Source of the DNA: Azolla caroliniana
Lineage: Eukaryota > Plantae > Polypodiophyta
Reading direction: 5' to 3'
DNA length: 64,000 nt
Assembly: GCA_043228905.1 (NCBI GenBank)
Contig: JBHGNT010000018.1
Coordinates: 12,090,001-12,154,000 of the forward strand
Under the pieces are notes generated by a model. That model had not been told where the DNA came from. It worked only from the letters and a program-made list of their open reading frames with translations, and searched no databases. The stretch's first letter is position 1, and each line of letters starts with the position of its first letter. The position numbers and the translations under genes were made by a program. Positions 23,831 to 36,679 of the stretch are shown in pieces.

Positions 23831-24988
23831 ATGGCATCAACATCCAACTCATCAGAGATGAGTCTGAGGAAGTTCGACGGATCGAACTTCAACTTCTGGA
23901 AGGAGCAAATGCAAGACTACCTGATTGTCAAGGGGCAAATCGACCCCATCGAAAACAAAAATTCTCCAGAAGGATACAAGCCGCTTGAATGGGAGAAGCT
24001 CGATAGAATCAATTGAGCCACCATTTGGATGCACCTATCTGAGTCTGTGTACTTCATGGTGCAATCATGTTCGACTGCCTTTAAACTATGGAAGACATTG
24101 TCAGACACTTATGAGAAGAAGTAGCCACCACCAAGATATATCTAATTCGGTGCCTTTATAATGTTTGGATGAAAGAATCTGACTCAGTCTAGGCACACCT
24201 GAACGAGTACGAAAGCTTAAGTTCCCAAATTGCAGCTCAGGGGACGACTATCGAGGATGAACTAAGAGCAATGTTGCTTATGAGTAGTCTCCCCCCTTCG
24301 TGGGAAACTTTCATTACAACTGTGTGCAATGAGTTGGCTGCTGCCATTACGTACTCAGTCACGAACGCAATTCTGATTGAAGTAGCTCGAAGAAAATCGT
24401 TTGCGAAAGATTCGGCCAACAATGCTTACGTAGTACAAGATTCGACAGACCGATTGAACAGCCGAGGAAGAGGTTCTTCACGGCAGCCGAACAACCAGCG
24501 AAGTCGGAGCAAGTCTCGGGATAATCGAGTTTGCAATTATTGCAAGAAACCTGGACACAAAAGCCGATTGTCGTGCACTCAAGGCCAAAAACGATAAGGC
24601 TCAGTGAGTTGATCAGAAGAGTGGCTGGCATGAGGTCAACTACGTCGGCTCTTCAGCCGAAGTATGGTCAAACGACCCGAACATTCTATCCATTGAAAAC
24701 CCAGTCGAATTAGAATGTTTGCTTACAACTGAGGAATCGAGCACATGGCTCCTGGATTCGGGTGCGCCCTTTCATGTGACCCCTCATGGATCCTAATTTC
24801 GGCAATACTTAACCCGACATTCCGACTCAGTTCGAGTCGGAAATTTGCAGCATTGCACGATTATTGGAATCGGCACAAAGGAGCTCAACCTTCTGGGTGG
24901 GTCCACATTGGTACTACATAATGTCTGACATGTACCTGAGCTCTCAAGACCTTTGATCTCAATCAGGCAATTGGATGAAGACGACATC
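23831..24988 (+). pseudogene. RT-4 Copia gag-protease remnant
   Basis: KFDGSNFNFWKEQMQDYL, LLMSSLPPSWETF, a CCHC knuckle, and multiple stops. Confidence 0.85.
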
Positions 24989-25462
24989 TATTATGTACAC
25001 ATAACGTTGGTGAGGGTAGGTCACTAATATTTACATTAGTGAAGGGTATGTTCACTAATGTTAGAAAGGGGCTAATGTGATTGGATAGAAGGAATGATAG
25101 GTGCATGCACTATCATGATTTCGGCAACCAATGAATGGAGACCCTTTTAGAAAGGCACATCTATTCAAGGGGCCTAGAAAAAGGTATAAATATGAGGCTT
25201 AGCCACCCTCATAAGGACATTACGTCGGAAGGCTGCTGTCTTAGACACTCGTGGTGCGGGCTAGGCTTTTGTCTTGATGATCGTGTTTATCTCTTCCAAG
25301 GTATTAGTCATCCTAATATCCGGCGGTATGGGACGTCGGTGGTAGGTTTGCTATGTCTAGATCATAGCTCGGGGGTGGTTGGGTGGAACAGGTTCTTCTA
25401 TCCATTCTATTTTCCTTTTTCGACTTTAGTTTAGTCTATTGATTAGTAATAGACTCTTAATA
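24989..25462 (+). repeat. RT-5 5' LTR
   Basis: Direct repeat of 36680-37147; both termini are mutated (TA...TA). Confidence 0.9.
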
Positions 25463-26627
25463 GCGGTATCAGAGCATGTACTAACAATTTTTTTTTGTTA
25501 TTTTGATGTTTTTTGTGTGTGAGAGAAGGGGATCTAACAAAGCTCGTCTTGCTCTTCACGGGATCAAAACAACATTTTTAACCCAGTATTCTTCGTTCTC
25601 GATCTCTCTTTTCTTTTCTATGATGCTTTCTACTTGGTCATATGGAAGTGGTATTACATTTTCTTTTCTTTTCTTTCTTCTTTCTCCCATGATATGATGT
25701 TAATCTACTTATGCATTGGGTCGAGCGTGTTTGCACTAATCGCACACGCTCAACTCATGGCCCTTTTACATATTGCGATTTATCTCCCACTCTCCCTTGT
25801 CTTGAGCCATCTCTTACAGTAATAATTATTCTTGTGCATCGGGTCGAGCGTGTTTGCCTTAATCACACACGCTCACCTCATGACCCTTTTGTATATGATG
25901 TTGAGTATGACACCCTTCCCTTTATTGAGCCATCACTTGGGCGATTCTATGGGATGTTGTGGTCTTAAACGAGGTGTATGTTGCCTACCTATGCCACTCT
26001 ACTCCCTATTGAGCTATCACTTGGCCGATTCTATGGGATGTGGTGGTCTTGAGGGGGTGCATGTCAACTACCTTAGGGTTTCATACCTTAGGGCATGCTT
26101 AATGTTCATACACCTAATTGATTATTATTCTAATTAAATTTCTAATTACACAAATTTTTGTTTTACTTTGGTATGATTTTCTGGTAATTGTCATTTACCC
26201 ACCCACAATTAACTCTCATTTTCCCCTTCCTTTTACATGTTTAAAGTATTTATGTGTGTTTACCTATGATGTAACACTTCCGTGTAGACTATTTTTTCGT
26301 ATTGAGTGGGCATCATGCCGTTTTTTGAACAATTTTTTTCCAACGGCTCATCTAGGTTTAACTCATATTATCGAGCCTTACAACTCGAGTAAAACCACAT
26401 GAGTTCCCCTATTGATGTTTTACTCATAGATTTGAGTACTACATCTTTGCTCACAACACTACCACGACTTGTATCAATTTGTGGCTTATCCCACAATTGT
26501 GCAAATTACAACCACCATATTGGGATGGATAGGTGCATACATCACAAATCCATTTATTGGTGGTATTTTTGTTTAGTAGACAACGCATGGTTTTTGAACC
26601 TTGTTTTCGTCACTTCTTAACTCTTAT

Positions 26628-27036
26628 TATCAGAACCAAGGATAAAAGATAGAGTGATGGAAGAAGGATAGAGAAGAATGGATGTATAAGATAGAGAAAG
26701 AAAGAGAATGGATACAAGATATGTAATGAGAGCTAAAGATTGGTGTTGCTTCGAATTGATTTGAGAATACATGTATGCGCTTATTTATAGGTTCCTATAG
26801 AATAGCTTAGAGATTTCTAGAATGTTCTAGAATGTTCTAGACCTAGAATGCTTTAGGACATTCTAGAACATTCTAGAATAATCTAGAGTTTTTACAATAA
26901 TCAATGTAATACAAGAAGTAGCTTTTATTGTTTCATATAACAATAAGCTATCTTAATGGTTGAGGTTTTCAAGTATGAATTACAAGGTTCGAGGTTCAAG
27001 TCCGGGTGACGCCATAATGGTCATGTGTTCATGACA
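26628..27036 (-). repeat. RT-6 3' LTR
   Basis: Direct repeat of 31893-32301. Confidence 0.96.
26942..27014 (+). ncRNA. tRNA-like A/B-box cassette in the RT-6 3' LTR
   Basis: A-like TATCTTAATGG at 26949 and B box GGTTCAAGTCC at 26993; offset 44 nt. Confidence 0.6.
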
Positions 27037-30000
27037 CTATCCCTCCTTCGAGAACGCCGAGTGGAAGTCGGCGTTAACATTGTTGGGTCGGGCTTGTTTG
27101 GATAGTGACGATGGAAGTCGTTGACCAGAGCTTCAGCATTACAAACGTTATCGATGGGTTCCCAAGTGCGATCACTCGGAGGATAACCAAGCCAATCAAC
27201 TAGATAATAAAGCTTATTGCGCACAATCTTAGAATCGAGAATAACAGCTACCTCGTATTCGGGGCCGTCCACAAGTTGTACAAAAGGAGGTGGTGGCACG
27301 ACACGATCAGGAATTAAAGAGGTGTGGCAAGGTTCCAAAAGAGAGCTATGAAAGACAGGGTGAAGCCGCATATGTGCAGGAAGGTTAAGACGAAATGTTG
27401 CATCATTAATTTGCGCCGTGATGACAAAAGGACCTAAGCGTTGATAGTCAAGCTTAGCACACGGTCGGGTAGTCTTGATGTGACGACGAAGCAACCATAC
27501 ATAGTCACCAACCTTAAACGGAGACTTAAGACGATGTCGACCGGCATTGGTCTTATGGTTTGCTTGCGCTTTCTGAAGATGTGACGATAACTCGAACTGG
27601 ATTTGTTGTAGTCGGTGGAGGTGATGCGCCGCACTAGGGTTTCGTGACACCTCGGGAAGATCCAGTATACACCATCGAGGGTGGTTGCCGGTGTAGGCAA
27701 AGAAAGGTGTAACTTTGATAGAAGAGTGGACCGTGTTGTTGTATGCAAACTCAGCAAGATGTAAAATTTTACTCCAATCATCTTGTTGATAACTAATGAA
27801 ACATCGAAGATATTGCTCGAGCGTCTGATTTGTGCGCTCTGTTTGTCCGTCAGTTTGTGGATGATAAGCCGAAGAGAGTTTGCAAGAGATTTTGAGGCCT
27901 GCCCATAGGTGCTTCCAAAAGTGTGAGATAAATTGAGGACCTCGATCGCTAATAATATCATTCGGGAGACCATGATGGCGAAACACTTCACGCATAATGA
28001 GATCTGCAGTTTCTTCACTATTGATGGTCTTTACACATGGTACAAAATGTGCCATCTTGGTGAACCGATCCACTACTGTTAAAATAGTATCAAAGCCTTT
28101 GGAAGGTGGCAGATCCGTAATGAAATCCATAGAAATAGACTGCCATGGCTTGTTGGGAGGGGGTAATGGTTGTAGTAAGCCATAAGGGTGATGCCAGGGT
28201 ATTTTGGCGCGACAGCAGGTGTCACAAGTGCGAACATAATCTTCGACAAATTTTTGCAAGTGAGGCCACCAAAATGAACGTTTCACTAGCTCAATGGTCT
28301 TGGAAATACCAAAATGTCCAGCCATGGGGGCATCATGACAATGTTCCAACACTTGAAGTCGGGGTGATCCGTCGGGGACGTAAAGGAGATTCTTGTAGAG
28401 GAGTAAACCATCTTGCCACTTGAAGTCCTGATAATGTTGAGATGACCCTGGCAATGTGGAACAAGATGGACGACTTGAACCACAGTGGGCTAAGACATCC
28501 TTAGCAAAATCATCCGAATGAAGTTGTTGCCGAATAGTGTCAAGAAGGGTAGAATCAAGTGGTGTGGCATAAATTGTTGTTACCTGTAGCTTTGATGGCC
28601 CGAGGAGAGTTTGCTTTTGATTGTCAAAGGCCGGATCTCCAGGTCGAAGTGCTAGATACGAACGCCGAGACAGAGCATCTGCTTTCCCTTGTTGTTTTTC
28701 AGGGCGAAAAATGATCTTGAAATCGAAACGCGTTAGGAATTGGGCCCACCGAGCTTGTCTTCTATTTAATACTCGAGCTGTTTGAAAATATGTGAGATTT
28801 TTGTGATCACTATAAATGATAATCTGATGAGGTGATCCTTCTAGAAAATGACGCCATTGCTCGAATGAGTCGACCACAGCTAGTAACTCCTTGTCATGCA
28901 CCTCATAGTTTATCTCCGAAACAGTAAACTTTCTCGAGTGAAACGCGACTGGATGTATCTGCCCGTCCTCGCCTGGTTGCGATAGGATACTCCCCAATGC
29001 AAAGTCTGATGCATCCGCCTCAATAGTAAATGGCTTTTCAGGATCAATATGTGCTAGGATGGGTGCTGATGTGAATGCCTCTTTTAGCTGTGTAAAAGCC
29101 TTGTCCGCTTCGATACTCCAAAAAAATGCTTGATTTTTCTTGGTGAGTTGAGTAAGGGGCAACACAATGCTTGAATAATTATGTATGAATTTGTGATAGA
29201 AGTTCGCAAATCCGAGGAAACACTGGACATCCCGAACTGAGCATGGGGGTTTCCATTCCAATATTGTTTGGACTTTTGCCAGGTCCATGAAAACACCCTG
29301 GGATGAAATAGTGTATCCCAAAAATTTGACTTGTTTGCAATCAAAACTGCATTTCTCAAGTTTGGCGTAAAGACCATACTTCCTTAGGCGTTCAAGTACT
29401 TGCCGCACATGTATATCATGCTCCCCCTGTGTTTTAGAGTAAATCAATAGATAATCTAGGTAGATGATTAGAAAAATATCCAAGAAATCCCGGAAGATGT
29501 CATTTGCCATATGTTGGAATTCGACAGGTGCATTTGTGAGCCCGAAAGGCATGACTGTATACTCGAAATGACCATACCGAGTACGAAATGTTGTTTTCCA
29601 CTCATCTCCCGGCCGAATTCGAACAAGATTATATGCACCCCTTAGATCAATTTTGGTAAAATGCTTTGCCCCACCAATGCGTTCTAAGAGATTGGAGATT
29701 AAAGGTAAAGCATACCTATTCCTTATGGTGACTTTATTTAAGCCTTGATAGTCCACGACCAAACGAAGGGAGCCATCCTTTTTCTTCACAAAAAAGATAG
29801 GAGCACCAGCTGGAGACTTTGAATGTCGAATAAACCCATGTGCAAGATTTTCCTCGATGTATTCTCGAAGAACCTCAAGCTCAGTGGGTGATAAATTGTA
29901 AATCGGACCCCACGGAGGCTCTTTTCCTGGTTGGAGATCAATAGGACAGTCGTACGGCCGATGCTTTGGAAGAACACTAGCTTTGACTTTGTCGAAAACA

Positions 30001-30650
30001 TCATCATAGTCTTGATATTTTTTGGGAATTTGGATGTCTGAATTCCCTTGAGTGACACTAGAAGGTGTCACTGATACTGCAAATAAGAAAAGGTCCTCCT
30101 TGCCTCCCACTTGGTGCAATTGTTGCAATGTGATGGCTGAAATTTGATGAGAAGGATATGGTGCATCGGTAGAACTATATACTTTGGGAGGATAATCCCG
30201 AGTTCGATCCTTGACAATGATATTTTCTGCTAAAGGGCACCTAATTTCTCACTTCCTCCAATCGATTCTAGGGTTATGTAGCTCGAACCATGGCAAACCG
30301 AGGACAATTGGATGCTCAGGACTACGGATTATGTTAAAGGAAACTACACATCCTAAATCACCCAAGAGTATGTGTATTGGCTCAGACTCTTCAAATATCT
30401 TCCCGGAAGCTATGGGGCGTCCATCAATCACTACTACGGAAACTGGACAAGGAAGTGTATGCAAGGATATTTGGTGTTTTTGGGCAAAATCTCTATCCAT
30501 GAAACAAGAATTGGCTCCAGTATCTAAGAGGGCTTGGACTTGAAGTTGACAACTGGGTGTCCTAACTTGTACTAGGGCTGAGAAGACTCTACTAACATGC
30601 TTGGAAGAAATGGAACCCACACTAGGTTGTACATATCTAGGGTTGTCCAA
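27021..30650 (-). CDS. RT-6 pol (protease-RT-RNase H-integrase-chromodomain); one premature TGA at 30249-30251 and a YLDD-to-YLDY change
   Basis: ORFs 30249-30650 (ALLDTGA) and 27021-30128 are in the same frame. Chromodomain EYEVAVILDSK..YYLVDWLGYPPSDRTWEP. Confidence 0.92.
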
Positions 30651-30676
30651 CCAAATGGCTCCTATTTTGGCCGGAC

Positions 30677-31828
30677 TTATTCGTTTGACTCCTCTTCTAA
30701 TTGGCTTAGGACTACAAATTTATTGGACAAGGGTGGATTATTCATAATATTAGATTCACTAACTACTTCTAAAATGTTGGACTCATTTTTATTGTCATAG
30801 TGAATTTGATTTACCTGACGTCTCGGCCTACGGGAGCAATGAATGGCTATATGTCCTGGACCTCCACAATATAAGCACAGATGGTTTGCTCGACGACGTT
30901 GCTTCTCTTCGTCTAACAACGGTCCTCGTCGTTGAGTCATATCGATCTCCATGGGTGTAGGACTATCCATTGGGACTGGACTACGTGTTTGCCTTGGAGT
31001 TGGAGCAGGGCTATACATTTGCCTTGGGGATGATTGCGCCGTTATTGATGCATAAGTTGGTGTGAATCTAGATCTTGTTATTTGTTGTTGTCGCTCACAT
31101 CGACGCTCAAAAAGGCGATTATCACACCGTATTGCTCGACTAATTGCTTCTGTAAGTGACCTTGGATCCTCGGGGAAGGTAAGAAGTAAGTCTTTGACAT
31201 CACTACGAAGGCCTGAACGGAATTGCTCCATTAGGGCTTGTTCATCCCAAGGAATATCGCTTGCGATGAGACGGAAATTGGCAGCATATGTTGAAGCTGG
31301 TTGATCACCTTGACGAAGTGTACGAATCTTGTTGATAGCTGTTCTCGCCCCATCAGTATCTCCGAAACAAGCCTTAAATTCCTCGAAATTATTCAGTAGA
31401 GGAGAATTGGTCTCTAGCAATGGAGCAAACCACGACAACGCTATGCCAGTCAATAAAGTGCCCACTAGCCCGACTCGTGATGCATCTGTTGGATAATGTG
31501 CGGGATGCATTTGAATCACCAACCGTACTTGATTCAAAAAACCTCGGAAATGCGCCCTCGACCCATCAAATTTAGCTGGGAGGCTAATTTTGGGCTCCTT
31601 GATAAGTCCCTGACCTTCAACCCTTTGTTGTTGTAACACGACGATTGTCGACTCTAACTGTTGCACTCGTTGCGTGAACTCCTCTTGTTGTTGTTGCTTC
31701 TCTATAGTAACCTTTTGTAGATCCCCAAGTAGACGTTGATTCTCTACTTCAAGAGATGTGAACTTGGATTTAAGGTTCTCCATTTTTGCAACAAGGGTGA
31801 GATATTCTTCTGAGTTAATGGCAGCCAT
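30677..31828 (-). CDS. RT-6 Gag (383 aa, intact)
   Basis: Coiled-coil N-terminus, EPKISLPAKFDG, PTPMEID and the knuckle CLYCGGPGHIAIHC. Confidence 0.93.
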   Translation of the reverse strand: MAAINSEEYLTLVAKMENLKSKFTSLEVENQRLLGDLQKVTIEKQQQQEEFTQRVQQLESTIVVLQQQRVEGQGLIKEPKISLPAKFDGSRAHFRGFLNQVRLVIQMHPAHYPTDASRVGLVGTLLTGIALSWFAPLLETNSPLLNNFEEFKACFGDTDGARTAINKIRTLRQGDQPASTYAANFRLIASDIPWDEQALMEQFRSGLRSDVKDLLLTFPEDPRSLTEAISRAIRCDNRLFERRCERQQQITRSRFTPTYASITAQSSPRQMYSPAPTPRQTRSPVPMDSPTPMEIDMTQRRGPLLDEEKQRRRANHLCLYCGGPGHIAIHCSRRPRRQVNQIHYDNKNESNILEVVSESNIMNNPPLSNKFVVLSQLEEESNE

Positions 31829-32079
31829 GGTTTCAGGATGGTTACAAAGGCGGATAAGAGAGAGAGAGAGAGTGAGAGAATTCGAATCAAACTGTCAGAA
31901 CCAAGGATAAAAGATAGAGTGATGGAAGAAGGATAGAGAAGAATGGATGTATAAGATAGAGAAAGAAAGAGAATGGATACAAGATATGTAATGAGAGCTA
32001 AAGACTGGTGTTGATTCGAATTGATTTGAGAATACATGTATACGCTTATTTATAGGTTCCTATAGAATAGCTTAGAGAT

Positions 32080-32143
32080 TTCTAGAATGTTCTAGAATGT
32101 TCTAGACCTAGAATGCTTTAGGACATTCTAGAACATTCTAGAA
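32080..32143. promoter_or_regulatory. Palindromic heat-shock element array in RT-6 U3 (copy at 26815-26878)
   Basis: TTCTAGAATGTTCTAGAATGT...ACATTCTAGAACATTCTAGAA, a perfect 21-bp inverted repeat made of nGAAn units. Confidence 0.7.
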
Positions 32144-32206
32144 TAATCTAGAGTTTTTACAATAGTCAATGTAATACAAGAAGTAGCTTTTATTGTTTCA
32201 TATAAC

Positions 32207-32279
32207 AATAAGCTATCTTAATGGTTGAGGTTTTCAAGTATGAATTACAAGGTTCGAGGTTCAAGTCCGGGTGACGCCA
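32207..32279 (+). ncRNA. tRNA-like A/B-box cassette in the RT-6 5' LTR, antisense and outward-facing
   Basis: TATCTTAATGG (32214-32224) ... AGGTT-CGAGG-TTCAAGT-CC; B box at 32258-32268; ends GACGCCA. Confidence 0.6.
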
Positions 32280-32745
32280 TAATGGTCATGTGTTCATGAC
32301 ACTTATAGGTAGTGACTTATTTTTCTCTTTTTTTCATAACATTTGCTTGCTACTTGCAAGACTAGAATATTACTTGCGAGAGCACTTGTTTTTTCACGTA
32401 ATACACTTTCTCGACCATATCAATACATGTTGGGTTGGCATTCTAATATAAGGCTAACTAGGAAACTACATTGATGTTAGAACCATGGTTGAGCCTCGGG
32501 GAGCCGCCATGATTATTCAAGATAGAGATCCAAGAAAGACATCTTAGCTATGTTTTCTCCCATGGTTTTTAAAACACCATAGTGTTACCATAGTTATCGG
32601 ATCTCGAATCACATCTCATGTCTAGAGGGGTAAAGACGTGAGATGCTTTCTTGTTAAAGTTCTTACAATCAAAATTTCAAGCATTCATTTTGCTTGTGTA
32701 TTTTTTGAACCTCCTTATTTATATTGTATACCCACAACTTGCATC

Positions 32746-35700
32746 ATGGAACAAGTTTTGAATGTTGTTGGAGCGATCTCTCCGACCAATACCTCTCAAC
32801 TCCAATCTGCATCTCACACACAAGCTAAGATCACTATTTAGCAATTGCTCACTACTATCTTGAATCAATTAGCCGAAATGAGGCAAGCCAATATGGCATT
32901 GGAAAAGAAATTCCAAGAATTGACTATTGAGTCGAAGAAAGAAGGTGAACTGTCTTTCGTAATAACGCCATTCAAGGGAGAAAAGAAAGAAAGAATCGAG
33001 GAGGCCATTAGCACTTGGCTTGGTCGTTGGGAGTCTCACTTTGAGCTCCACCCCAAGCCCGATGTTGTAAAAATTGGTTATGTCGGCCGTGAGTTACGTG
33101 GCCAAGCTGCTGCTTGGTGGCATGGCCTAAGGACTACAAAGAACTTACCCACAACTTGGGAAAGTTTCGTTGTTTTTAAGAAACAATTTTTGCAGCCATC
33201 TTCTCAAACTGAACAAGCGCAACACTTGCTCACATTGTCGAGTAAGCCATTTACCTCTCTCGTGGATTATGTGCAACATGCTCGGACCTAGATCCAAAAA
33301 TCGGGACTTACAAGTGAGAAATGGTTTGTTGCTTGCTTTTTGAATGGTATTCCCAATGGGTATTACCATTGGATTGTCCATGACAAGGACCCCACAACTT
33401 TCGAGATAGGACTTCCAAGAAAAACCACAATAAACCTGAGTTCGCCAAAACTTCGAATGTCAAGTTCATTGGGAAACATAACCAATCCAGTGACACTCTT
33501 GACCGCGACTCCAAGAAACCGAACCTCTTCTGTGCATATTGCAAGAAGCGAGGCCACACAAAGGATGCCTATCGTTGTCTTGAGAGGAAGTCAATGAACA
33601 CCCATCCTCAAGACAAATCTACGAGTCACACAGGTGACTCTTTTGATGTTGATGAAGTTCATAGCAACCACTTAAGTTCATGTGAATACACTTTTCCTTC
33701 ACATTTACTTGGACCTAATGATTTACTCCGAGCAATCGGGTATATCAATGGAAAACAAGCACATTTCTTGTTTGATTCCGGTAGTTCTCACAATTTTCTT
33801 AATGATCACTTTGTGCAACAAATGGAACTCCACATAAAGGCAAGTGATCATATCTATCAAGTTCACATGGCAAATGGAAGCATTCAATACATCAGTGGCA
33901 TTGTTTGTTAACTGCCAATTCAAATAGATACCTATTTGGAGAAGCTAGACTTTCATGTTATGAAACTATAATCCGCAAATGTCATTTTAGGATACCCTTA
34001 GTTTTCTAATAAAAACCCTTCTTTGTCCATTGATTGGGTTAATCACTCAATCGCATTTGAACTTAATAATTGTAAACATTTTATTCAATGTTTCAAACTT
34101 CCTTCTCGTTCACTTGTGTCTTCTAAATCTTTAAGTGAGTATTCTAGTTCATTAATTTATTCATGTGTAATTGATCCTGCGCTTCAATTTTATTATTTTA
34201 ATATTGACGCCACACAATTACCACATTATGAACAACGATTACTCAACTCTATTTTAGACGATTTTCAAGATGTGTTTCCTAACGAATTGCTGCTTACTTT
34301 AGCACCAAAACGTAATGTGGACTATCATATTGAACTCATTCCCGGGGCTGCCCCTGTGAGCATTCCACCTTACCGACTTAGTCTATTAGAAGAGGATGAG
34401 ATCACTAAACAACTTAAGGAATACTTGAGTATGGGCCACATTAGGTATAGTAAATCACCTTGGGGTGCACCAGTTCTATTAGTTAAGAAGAAGGAAGGTT
34501 CATGGCAAATGTGTATCAATTATCACCGTTTGAATAAAATGACAATTAAAAATGCATATTCGTTACCTCGTGCCAATGATTTGATTGATCGTTTGCATGG
34601 GGCCTGATATTTTACGAAAATTGACTTACGAACAGGTTATCATCAGATTCTCATTGTCGAGGATGATATTCCTAAAACTGCTTTTCATACGCGCTATGGC
34701 CATTATGAGTTTTTAGTCATGCCTTTCGGATTACCTAATGCTCCAGCCACATTCCAACAAGCGAAGAATGACGGTTTCCGAGATCAACTCGGTGATTTTG
34801 TTGTAGTCTTCTTGGATGATATTTTGATATATAGCCGTACCTTGCAAGATCATGTTCAACATGTTCAATTTGTTTTGAAAAAGTTCCATGACAACTCTTT
34901 CTATGCAAAACATTGAAAATGTGATTTTTTCCAAAAATCTATTGTGTACCTAAGTCATTTAATTACAGAAAATTGCGTTGAAATTGAACCTTCTTTCATT
35001 CAAAGTAATATTTGTGAATTGCAATCATTCTTAGGGTTTGTTGGAGTTTTACGAAAATCAATTCGTAACTATTCCAAATTGACTACACCATTAACTGACC
35101 TTTTAAAAGGTCATCCATGTAAGTCTGTCAAACTGATTGCATGGAATGAACAACTTGACAAATCATTTGAGACACTCAAAGAGCATGTGTGTCAGGCTCC
35201 CACTCTTCTATTACCGGACCCTTCTAAGCCTTTCTAAATCGAAACCGATGCTAGTAGTTATGCTATTGGTGTCGTTCTTTATCAAGGCGGTCACCCTATT
35301 GCTTTTGAAAGTAAGAAGCTTGATGCTACTCAATCTCGGTATTCGGTTCAAGAGAAAGAGTTGTTTGCGGTAATACAAGCACTTAAAACATAGAGGCACT
35401 ATCTCTATGGAAATAAATTTGTGGTTACAACAGACCATCAATCATTGAAGTATTTTTATGACCAACCAAAACTTGTTGGTCGTAAAGGCCGTTGGGATAA
35501 CCTTATGCAAGATTTTGATTTTTCCATACGGTATCGCAAGGGTTCTATGAACACCGTTGCAAATGCTCTTAGTCACATTAAAGAAGTTAACATGCTTAGC
35601 TTCACGGAAATAAAATCTAAACTTTTAGATCACCTTCGAGGGAAATACCTTGATGACAGTTATTTCTCAAAATATTGGACGAAAGCCGAATCTGGTTTAG

Positions 35701-36660
35701 ATATTGTTACTAGCACCCTACCCTCAAAGGCGACCTTTCACATTACAAACGGTTTGCTCTATCGTAGTGGAAAGGTCTGTGTTCCAGATTTACCAAACGT
35801 AAACCAGAAAATTCTTCATGAATGTCATGATACACCATATGTGGGTCATCCTCGAATACAATGCACACTCATTCTCATCTCAAGTACTTTTTTTCTGGCC
35901 TAAGATGCGCTCTTATGTGCATAAATACGTAACTCAATGCTTACAATCTCAAATTAATAAGTCGGAACAACTTAAAGCTGATGGTCTTTTACATCCCTTA
36001 GATATTCCCAACAACAAATGGGAAAGTATCTGGATAGATTTTATTGTTAGTTTACCTCGTACACAGAGGGGTCATGATGCCATTTGGGTTGTCATTGACA
36101 AACTAACAAAATTGGCTAGATTTATTCCTACCAAAACCATGGTAACCACTCAACAATTGGCTTATCAATTTGTTGATGAGTTATTTCTTTTTTATGGATT
36201 ACCGATGGATATTGTTAGTGATCGAGATTCCATATTTACAAGTGACTTTTGGACTCAAGTCTTTAAGAAACTAGAAACTACGTTGAGCATGAGTTCCGTA
36301 CATCATCCTCAGTCTGATGGACAAACTGAATGAGTTAATCAAATTAATGAGGACATGCTTGGAGCTTATGTAGCAAAAACCCCTTCTAATTAGGAGCAAT
36401 ACCTTCCTATCTTAGAATTTGCCTATAATAGCTCCAAACATACATCCACAGGATATAGTCCTTTTATGTTGATGTATGATTTTCCTTACAAACCTCATGT
36501 TCTTGAACGAATTCTTGATTCTCCTACTAAATGTTTACATTCTAAAGAGATTCGGCTATTCAAGATCAAACGGATGGATAAACCTATTGATGATGCCACA
36601 TGGGAACGCGAGCATACTCTTAAGGCACAATTTCCTAACTTCATATTGCAAGAATGCAAT
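32746..36660 (+). pseudogene. RT-5 gag-pol, heavily disrupted, with a deletion in the integrase C-terminus
   Basis: [61 protein letters not shown]. Confidence 0.9.
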
Positions 36661-36679
36661 CTTTTAAAGAACGGGAGTA

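Larger units (their letters stand above)
26628..32301 (-). mobile_element. RT-6: young, nearly intact Tcn1-like chromovirus, TSD CTTAT, inserted in the RT-5 leader
   Basis: 409-bp LTRs at 26628-27036 and 31893-32301 with about 5 differences by eye. CTTAT at 26623-26627 and 32302-32306. PPT GAAGGAGGGATAG. Confidence 0.97.
31893..32301 (-). repeat. RT-6 5' LTR
   Basis: TGTCA...TGACA; minus-strand TATAAATA starts at 32054. Confidence 0.96.

Noticed and set aside
27021-31828. RT-6 as a currently autonomous element
   Set aside because: It has a premature TGA at 30249-30251 and the RT catalytic motif is YLDY instead of YLDD.
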